DNA from: Stramenopiles sp. TOSAG23-2 | Taxonomy: Eukaryota | Length of the DNA: 61,616 nucleotides | Direction of reading: 5' to 3' | NCBI GenBank assembly: GCA_900128395.1 | Contig: LT649248.1 | Coordinates: 1-61,616 of the forward strand | Part shown: positions 1 through 9,800 of the stretch, piece by piece | Layout of the letters: each line of letters starts with the position of its first letter | Position numbering within the stretch: position 1 is the stretch's first letter | Translations under genes and position numbers: made by a program | The notes under the pieces: model-generated | What the model saw: only the letters and a program-made list of their open reading frames with translations | What the model was told of the DNA's origin: nothing | Databases searched by the model: none

Positions 1-431
1 AATAAAAATTATTCGAAAACTGAAAATTTAATTATTTAAGTGTTGTAAATTTTAATATCGGCAGATGGAGCATATGGAGCATTTGAAGCGTTTGAACACC
101 CCCCACCCCCACTACCCGACCACCCGACATAAAACGGAGCAGCTCTACAGATGTATACCAGTATAGTGTGCCATACTCCGGGTATTATACCTGAGCATAT
201 AAACTTAGCATTGCAAGCGAAGCGTATATAATAAGTGTGCCAGTGTGCCAGCTGGGCCAGCAGCACAGTACTATATGAATTAATTCTTCACATTTTGCAT
301 TTTGATAGCAACCATAGGCTTGTTAGTATATGGTCAATAATTAATTCTTCACATTTGTTTCGAGAGTCGAGAGGGTACCAAAATCGTACTTGATAGAATA
401 TATGAAATTTGATAGGTGCCAAGTTTACACC

Positions 432-590
432 GAGTCTTCGCTTGCGCTCAGAATTCCTAATTCTGGGCTGTATAGCAGGCGAAGATGAGGGGATCGAGTA
501 AGCTATTAGCCTTTAGCCTTAGACTTCTTATAGTAGGGCTTAGGGGAAGACTCTGCGCTTGCCAGAGTAGGGCTAGTGGCCATTTACATT
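432..590 (+). ncRNA. Candidate structured non-coding RNA (family not identified)
   Basis: GC-enriched island with nested stems that need G-U pairs on the + strand: gtcttcgcttgc/gcaggcgaagat (12 bp), gctcagaatt/aattctgggc (10 bp), gctattagcctt/agggctagtggc (12 bp) enclosing agcctta/tagggct and actctg/cagagt. Confidence 0.4.
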
Positions 591-880
591 GGCCAGTATG
601 ATATAATACTTTCGCCACAACAACAAAAAAATGAATGTATAATAATAATAATGTATAATATGTTAAAAAAAGAGAAGCAAAGTTTTATTAATAAAGATAC
701 ACATACTAGAGCCTATATATGCATTAATATAATATAAGTACTTCAGATCTTTAGATTATTTTATTATATATTTCGTTATAAAAGGTAAATTATATCGTTT
801 AGAAACATTTGGCATCTGTTCTTTCAACTTGTATCCCCCAAAACATCACAAACAGCTTGATTTAATACCCAGGTTACACA

Positions 881-3800
881 ATGTCGGATGATAGTGGTGA
901 TTTCAGACTTCCAAAGCGCAAGTGGAGAAAAAGTCGCAAAAGTAAAGGAGCTAAAAGTAAACGCAAAGTAGAAGAGCAATCAAACAAGACTTTACAGTAT
1001 GAAAATGCTATTATAGACGAAAACGATATTGAATTAGGAATAAAGCGATCTTCGACTGATGTTGAAAAAAGTTATTGGGAAGAGAAAGAGGTTGAAAAAA
1101 GTTATGACGAAGAGAAAGAGGTTGAAAAAAGTGATGGTGAAGAGAAACAAGAGATTGTGGAGAATAAAGTCTTGCATATTGTTAAAATGGATTTTGATGG
1201 CGCGGATGAAGATCATCAATTAAGTTTTAAAAAAGGTGCAATTGTTTTGCTTGACGATAATAGTGATGACAATGATATGGTTGAAGTCTACCTTCAAAAT
1301 GACCCGTCTCAACGTGGCTTTATTAAAAAAGACCATTTGGAAGTATATGATGCAAAAATTGGTGATATCATATCGGTTTATCGTGAAAGTTGGGGTGATG
1401 ATACATATGTAGGTAAAGTCTTGAATATTGGAAATGATGGAAGGATGGAAGTAGAATTTGAGGATGAAACTCTTAATGATATTATTATGGATGAAATATG
1501 CCATGTAGAAACCGATAGATTTAATAAAGCACTATATGCAACAAACAAACTCTTTACAAAATTATATGAGGCAACCGGTGCTGAGCAAAGTTTAAACGAT
1601 ATCGACGAAATAATAAACGGTGTGGAAATTAAAGAAATTGAAGGAGAGACTGTTTTTCAAAAGTTTCCCTTACCGGAGATCAAAGTCATGGCAGAGAATC
1701 GCAAAGGCCATAAAAAAGCGATGATGTGTTGCCACATATTGATTATTTTATCCTGTATCTTTCTGTTACTATTTCATTTTAAAGCACAACGTAAGATTAA
1801 CACAGGCGACTTCATTCCTTACGGAAAGGATTTGTTTATACGAAGCAACGGATGTGATGTGAACTTTATACACCTAATTACAGCCGGACACATGGACAAA
1901 GAAGAAACAACGAGTGCACAAGCTCAAGCCAAAGGTACATTTATGAAGGTAACAGAAACATTGGATCTAATGTATTTAATAAATTATTATGGTTCTTTGC
2001 TTGCACACGTTACCGAAGATGTTGATCCATGTCTTGATTCCGAAGAGAAAATAGAGCAGTTTAAAGACAATTATTGCATTTCTTACATTCACAATGAACT
2101 TTATTTTGGGCAATTTGCAAGGTATTTTGACCCAACTTTATTAACAACAGATGGCAGTATTGTTAAAATAGTGGAAACAGATAAAAAAGTTGAAATTGTT
2201 GCATTTGAAGCGCTAGACTCAAAGACGTTTTGTGAAGTTAATGTCTGGTTAAGCAGTGGTTTAAACAATGTAACAATAATGCAAACTGGACGACCAATAA
2301 AAGTAAATAAAATTGACAATTCAATGGTTCATGTTAAAGAAACATGCGAATGCGAGGGAGGAACGTTATTTTCGCAGAAGCAAGTTTGCCTCTGCGAAAA
2401 CGAGGCGGAAAGAACTACAGAATCCAAATTAAGAAATAAAAAAACCAGCAATAGAGTATCAGATTCGAAATTCATAGTGAAACAAGAGATTTACGAATAT
2501 TCAAAGAATGGAAATTGGAGATTAAATATAGATAATTTGCAAATTAACGGAACAAACTTAGATCTCAATATGACGAACGTGAAAGTAAAGAAAATTAGCA
2601 TGTTTGTACAAAGTGGAAATATTCAAATACATGGGCTTCAACTAAATAGCTCAGGTGTTACATCATGCAATAATGGAGATGAAACTGATATTCGCGGTAG
2701 ATGCAATCACACGATAAAAGTAGGGATTGATCTAGGAAAAGTTAATGGGATAGGAATAATTAAAGCGAATGGTCAAAACCTCTGTGCCCCGAATGGCCCA
2801 AAATCTTGCGAAGGAAATTTACATCTCACAATGGTTACACCGACAAGAATTAAATACTCTCAAAACAATGGTATTGTGTGTGGTGCAGCACACGGTATTA
2901 AAGTCGAACACTCAAACTGTAAGGTTCCAACACAGGCGAATAGAAATAAAAATTATAATAATGATAATAATAATAATGCTTCAAATAGTTCAACAGACAT
3001 TGATAGTATAAACCCCGGCGATCCAAATAGTGACATTGGTTCAATAGACATTGAAGCTGTATACAACAGTACTAACAACAACACTAACGACGCAAATTCA
3101 AATTATGGTGACACCAGTACATGCGAAGGGCAGGCGATACTTTGTACTACTGGTGTCATAGACTTTAATGCTGATATCGATTTTTCTTTCGACACTCCGC
3201 TAATGGGATGCACGGAGGATGAAGAAATTGAAAACATTGAGACTTTTGTAAATGGTGGTGGTTTATACTTTGGTGTTGTAAAATACAATGCTACGCAAAC
3301 TCAATTTGTTAACAATCGCCACACTGTGGACGGTTTACCATGCATTTTCCCATTTAAATATAAGAATAAAATGTATTATGATTGTACGTATGAAGATTAT
3401 GATTTACCATGGTGCACAACTAATTTTGATTCAATTTTAAATCCCAAAAGATTAAACGAAGCGAGGATGGAAGATATAAAAACATGTCCTTCCAACGGTA
3501 CATACATAAATGGCACATATTTGAATAGTACATATTCGAATGGTACATATTTACCTGAATGCGATCCTAATTATCAACAATTAGACGGAAACGACCAGTG
3601 GGGTGTCTGTGAAACGTATGAAAAAATAGAAGGTTATGCTTATAAACTGAAGAATGTAGACAAAATCAGATTTGACAAGAAAAGCAATGCCCTTTTAAAA
3701 GATGTTATTCCATTTGAAAATTTACTTTTAAATGATCCAATAATTGCTTCGATCGAAATGGTAAGCAAAACTAGTGCAAGAGGGCGATCATTTTGGTTAT

Positions 3801-6800
3801 ACGCAACAAGTCCTTCGCATTTGTTGGTACGAAATGACGGGTTACTCATCAATTCCCTTGGACTAGTAAGTGCAAGGTATTTCTATCCAGGTTCTCCAAT
3901 CCGTGTAAGTCCCGGGCTATGCCCGGTGGAAGTTCTTCCAGATGGAATGTTGACTACGCACCAAATGGGCGAAGTTAGCAAAAGCATGGCAAATAAGATA
4001 GGCGTGTCTGGTTTAAGCCGTCTTGCATGGTTTGGAAATTTTGAATTTTTACCTTTTCTAAGAGGATCAACAGTATGGAAACAAGAATGGATTTACAGAA
4101 AAGATGGGTCGTTTTTCCCTCAACTTGGGTTTTTAGAACAAGAGTTGGCGGTTGGCACTATGTTTTTCAATGCAAAAGAAGGTGGCGGCGACTTTTTAAG
4201 CGGTTATGTAGAGACTTCAATAACAGATGATCCATTGTCAGCTGCAGCTCTATTTGCTTTAGTTTTAAGTTATGGTTTATCGGGTATTTGGTTTATCATG
4301 TCTTTTTTTATTGTATTTCCAGCGTTGTTTAATTATATTAATGTTAAATTTGCCGAATATGTTAGAAAAAGGCGAAAGCTTAGCATAACGGAACGCCGTT
4401 TAGAATTAGATAAAAATAAAAAAAAACGAGATCATAAATCCTTAGATGAGACTATTGCAACCGGTAAAAAAGACAATGGTGATTTTTGGGAAGGCGCAAA
4501 ACATTTAGATGATGCCGTATCTATGCTGATGGATGAGTTAGATCCTGAACAAAGTTTGAACGACAATAACGCTGGAAGTGATAAAAGGAACGGGAAAAAA
4601 GACAAGGGGAAAAAAAAGCCCGGTGTTTCTTGTGGATATGTGCATAATAGCGTATTGTGGCTAGCAGCAATAATTATATCTGTCATTATATTTGTCGTTT
4701 TTTTATCCGTCGAACCTGATGGTACTATGTGGACGTTTTATTGGACATACCCGTTCATTATTTTTACGCTTTTAACTCTTTTTTTAACTCGCGAGAGCAG
4801 TTATATAAATTGTTGCAAGTGGATTCTGGAACCGCCAGAAACAGCGGTGAAATCAAAAACTGTAATTGCGGATTTGCATGACAAATTTAACCTGCTAAAA
4901 ATGATTCGTAGTAATTATCGTGCAAAATCTGTCATTGACAGGAACAAAATTAAAATAGAGGAGATCACAGAAATCTTCGATGAGTTAAAGCATAAGTTAA
5001 ATGATGAAAAATACGTAGAAAGTTATAGAAAAAAAATTAATTATTTTTGCGAACTTACAAGCGAGAAAGTAGATGAAATTACACGCAAGATGGAAATTAT
5101 TGATCATGCATGGCTAAATATTGAACTAAACAAAGCTTATTACGTTGATAAATTAACATTTTGGGAAATCCCTGTTATTATGTACCAGATATTTGTTGCT
5201 CCTAAGCTTAAGAATTCTTTAAATGGTTTTGTACATGATGAAATTATTAATGATGATCATTTATTTAATAAATGGTTTTGGAATCAGTCGTTGATGTACC
5301 AATATATAATTACTGTTTTGTTCATAGTAAGAAAAATCGGAATGAAAACCTTTCCTTATGTTGACTTAAGTCTAAAAAATATTCTAGAACTTTTCAAGCG
5401 TGAAAATTTTTTCGAGTTTGAACTGTACAGCAAATATTCGGGCGCAGGTTCGGGCGATGATTCGTATGATGAATCATCATCATCTGATGTCGAAGAAAGC
5501 GACGGAGATGTTGACGAAGAATCTGACGAAGAATATGATGAAGAATCTGACGAAGAAAATGATGAAGAATTTGACGATGATGAATCTGACGAAGACGATG
5601 ATGAAAGTGGGGAAGACAGTGTCGCTGAATCGGATGCAGATGAAGAGTGGGATTCAGATAGTTGTTTTCGTCGATGTCTTTGTTGTTTTTCAGGTGAAAA
5701 GTCGGATTCAGAACCTGAAAGATGTCCAATATGTAAGAAAGAAAAAGATCCAGATCCAGAGAGTGATCCAGAGAGTGAATACGAACTGGATTCAAATGAC
5801 GGGTCGGTGGATTCCGATGAAGTGTCCGATTCAGATGAAGTGTCCGATTCAGATGATGTGTCCGATTCAGATGAAGGGTCTGATTCAGATGAAGTGTCCG
5901 ATTCAGATGAAGTGCCCGATTCAGATAGTTGTTGTCGTCGTTGTTGTCATCGTGGTGAAGTGTCCGATTCATATTATTGTACTTGTCCCATTGGAGTTGG
6001 AGCTTATTTTCGCTTTCATGATATCAGGTGTTTCGTTAATTACTACAGTACTCACCAATTTTCTAAAAGTAGTTACATGGTTAGAGGTTATAAAGAGGTA
6101 GAAGAATCGAAAGGAGTAACGTTGAAAAAGTTTAAATTGACTTATGATTCATACTGCGATACAAAGGGATTAGCAAAAATGCCTTTAAACACAAAATCCA
6201 TAAATGATGTATGTCAAAAATTTGGAATTGAATATGATAAAAACAAAGAAATATTTAAAAAAGTAAAGCTGCTGAAAAACTTTAAAACTACTCGTGGAGG
6301 CTTCGAAAATGAAATGGATGATAGCAAAGAGAAATTTTTCTTCGGTCCAATTTGTTTTTTGGTGTACATTTTCTTTAGTTCGTGGTTTTTCATGTTGTTT
6401 TTAGTATATGGTATCATCAAACGTTTTTTCCCCGCACAGCAACAACTATTTTTATCTCTTCGAATTGCTGCATTGTTGTCTTTCAGCATGCCTCTGGTCA
6501 TGATTGTTTTTTTGTATCATTATGCAACCTATGACTACTTTACATTGCCATTTTACCAATATGATGATTTCTTGTATCGCCCATACAAAATTTATTCAAC
6601 AAGTTTTTTGGGATTTGGCCAAGTTATTTTATGGTTATCCGTTTTTTTATTGATACTTGGCAGTGCTGATTTATTATTATTTTACTTGCTAGGGGAGGTA
6701 AATTACTCGACAAAAATAGTTTACGCCTTCAAGCGAGGCGAAAAGGTATTAAAAAAAGAAGATAGCATGGGATTTGTAAAAAAATATTTTGGGAACTGTT

Positions 6801-9800
6801 GCACATCGAACTGTTGCACATCGAACTGTTGCACATCGAACTGTTGCACATCGAAAGGGAAAAAAAGCAATAAAAACGACACTGAAAATAGCACTGAAAC
6901 GAAAGCAAATGGCCAGGACACTCAGAAAAAGGACAACCTCAAGAAAGGTATTTCCTATGAAGTAATTAATGTAAATGTAAAAAAAGATGGTTCCATCGAT
7001 GGGTATGAATTACGAGAACACGTGCGACAAAAAATACAAGGCGCTGCATACTGCGGAATTTTTAGTACTAATTACAGAAAAATATGCAAATATCAATTAG
7101 GTGATATTGTATCTGTAGTTTCTAAGAAGAAGAACGATGACGAAGAAGAGAAAAATGGAAATAAAAAAGGTGAATATCAATATCAGCTGGTGGATTATAA
7201 GAAATGGAAGAGGAAGAGGAAGAAATGGAAGAGGCAGAAGGAGCCACAGGAGGCGAAAGAAGGAGATGGCGAGACTTACGATTGGGAACAGAATGGATGG
7301 AAAAGAGTTTTTACGAAAACGATGCAAGAAATCGTCCCAAATTATAGATTAGATATTAAAAACATATGGTATTTACTTTGGTATGTCAGTAAATTTTTGC
7401 AAGCATTTATAAATTTTTTTTTTCTCTTAGTTCTTGATTTTGCAATATCGATTTTGCTCGCATATGTAACTATGGTCTTTACTTGGTGGATTTTGGGTGC
7501 CGTTGTTAACCCGGAAAGAATACTGGCGTTTGCTTCTGCTGTAGTAGTATTCATTGGAACTATTAAACAGATGGTAACAGATCTAAAAAGTATGAAAGAG
7601 GAAGCGACTACAAAAATTAAAAAAGTAGTAGAAAAGATGATACAAGATATCATTGCTAAATCCAGTTCGATGTCCAAAGCAATCGCTAAAAATGTTAAAC
7701 TTCCTAAATTGCCAGGCGCATTCTCCAGTCTAGATATGAATGCATTAGAAATATATAGCCTTGTGAAACAAGATGGTGGTGTGAAAAAGCTCTCTAAAAT
7801 GGTTGTTGCTGCATCCTTTCAAGAATTTGTGACGAAAGAAAAGATCAAGAAGGATTCCGACACATATTCATTAGTCATGATTGTACAAGAATTAGTCGAA
7901 TGCCTACTATTAAAAAAATCAGAACAGCTAAATGCGTTTGGAAAAGTGGCAAGTAAGATGATATTATTGTTGTTAAATAGTGGTGGAAAAAATAAAACAC
8001 AAAACGAACAAAAAAGTCTAGAAGATGATAAAAATGATACAGAGATTATCCATAAGTTATTGCAAAGTTTGGTTGTACTAGGTATCGAGTCAAAAGATAA
8101 TGTTACTGTTCGAAGAGCAATTACGTCATTTGAAGAGTGTTTTTTCTTGATTATAGAAAAAGAAAACATCAATGCTGACTTTATGAAATACGTTTTTGTA
8201 TTTTTAAAAATGATCACAGCTGATTTAAAAATATTACAATCTTGCATGAAACGCGTAACCAATCTGTTTGACAGTAACCCTGAAACGGGAAAGAATGATA
8301 AAGAGCAAGTTATAATTAGAATACAAAATATTTCAGTGAATCTCCTGAAATTAATGATATCCTTTTCCAGTTTGAATTTTATGAATGTAGTTATTAAAAA
8401 TGTATTATTAAACGGAGAAGTAAAAATTGGCGAAGAGTTTTTTGATTTACGCTTTGTGGAAAAATTTGAAAAAGAATTTTTTAAATTTGTAGAAATAACT
8501 TATAAATCCAGAGGGAAAATTAGCGAAGTTGAGAGGGCGGGAGAAAATATTATCAAAATTTTTGTAAACAATAGCATGCAAAAGTTAACAAATAACATAA
8601 AAAAAGATGGAAAAAAAGCTTCTATTGTGAAGGTGGTACGACCTTTAGGGAAAGAAATTGCCAAAGCGACCGGTCAAATGTTACACCAGATAATTGAAGA
8701 CACTACTAGTAAAGGAAATGTACAAAAAAAGAATACAGCCAAGTCAGTAACTGCTGCGGATTTACTTAATTTTTTCAAAAACATATTGTCCCATATGATG
8801 GACATAATGTCTGATAATAGTATTAATAATTATATGGGAAAAGAAGCACATGGTAAATTCGTCAAAGAAATATGGCAACCAATTCGTTTAGATGTAAACT
8901 ATGATTTAGTCAAACCAGTTGAAAAACAGTTTCGAAATATTTTTAGTAAATTATTGATATTCCTTAAAGATAAAGCAAATGAAACAGAAGAAAAAGAAGG
9001 TAAAAAAAACTTGATATCACTAAAAATGGAATTATTTGCCTTTTTCTTAAATATGTTTTTTGGACCCAAGAAGGAAGGAAGCAGGGAGGAAAACCATAAC
9101 CATTCCAATAAATATTTTGTAAATGCTGTCATGAATTTGGGCATCATTAAGAATAACAAGATAAAAGTAGACAAAGTAAAGAAAATGATTGATACATTGA
9201 AAGACATTGTAAAAACACAACTGTATTTAAAATTGTGCAATGAATGCGTTGAGTGTGGTAAGGCACGCAAAGACAAACGTAAAAACTATTGTAAAGACTG
9301 TCGAGACAAAAAAAATGAAAAGGAAAAAATCAAAGTGGTTTCTGATAGAAAAAATCGCATTGAGAAAATAAAAAAGACGATTAAGCCTATATTTGACACA
9401 TTACGGGAAATGCAATCTGGTTTAGCTAAGTTTCTAAAAGATGACATAAAAGACGAAGAGGCAAGTAATGGCAAGATCGAAAAATTAAATAGCTTGGATC
9501 TTGCATTGGATCTTGTTGCAACATACATAAATGCTTTAATTGAGTTTTCAATATCATATTTAAAGCAAGAAATGAAATCTGGTCTTGATAAAATTAAATC
9601 ATGGAGTAAAAGTAAGACAAAAAGAACCAAGCAAACAGAAACAGAGGGTGAGAATAAGAATTGTGTGGATACAGTGATTGATTTATTAAATCGTACAAAC
9701 AAATATATAGAGAAAGTCAAAGAAGCTTTCGAAAAAGCTATCGATGAAAAAAAAACCAAAGCTTACAGCGGGATCAAGGAAGGTCTTGATAATATATATA

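Noticed and set aside
36-266. 76-aa minus-strand ORF at the window start
   Set aside because: No ATG start, no recognisable motif; more likely non-coding or repeat-derived sequence
379-420. atcgtacttgatagaat resembling the U3 snoRNA 5' end
   Set aside because: No box B, C or D elements downstream in the expected order
5810-5926. Regular repeats as a possible CRISPR array
   Set aside because: Head-to-tail coding repeats with no unique spacers; eukaryotic context, no cas genes
5394-6101. Overlapping 192-aa and 233-aa ORFs with repeats (LHLNRT, MKCPIQ)
   Set aside because: Shadow frames of the acidic 18-bp coding repeat in the giant ORF
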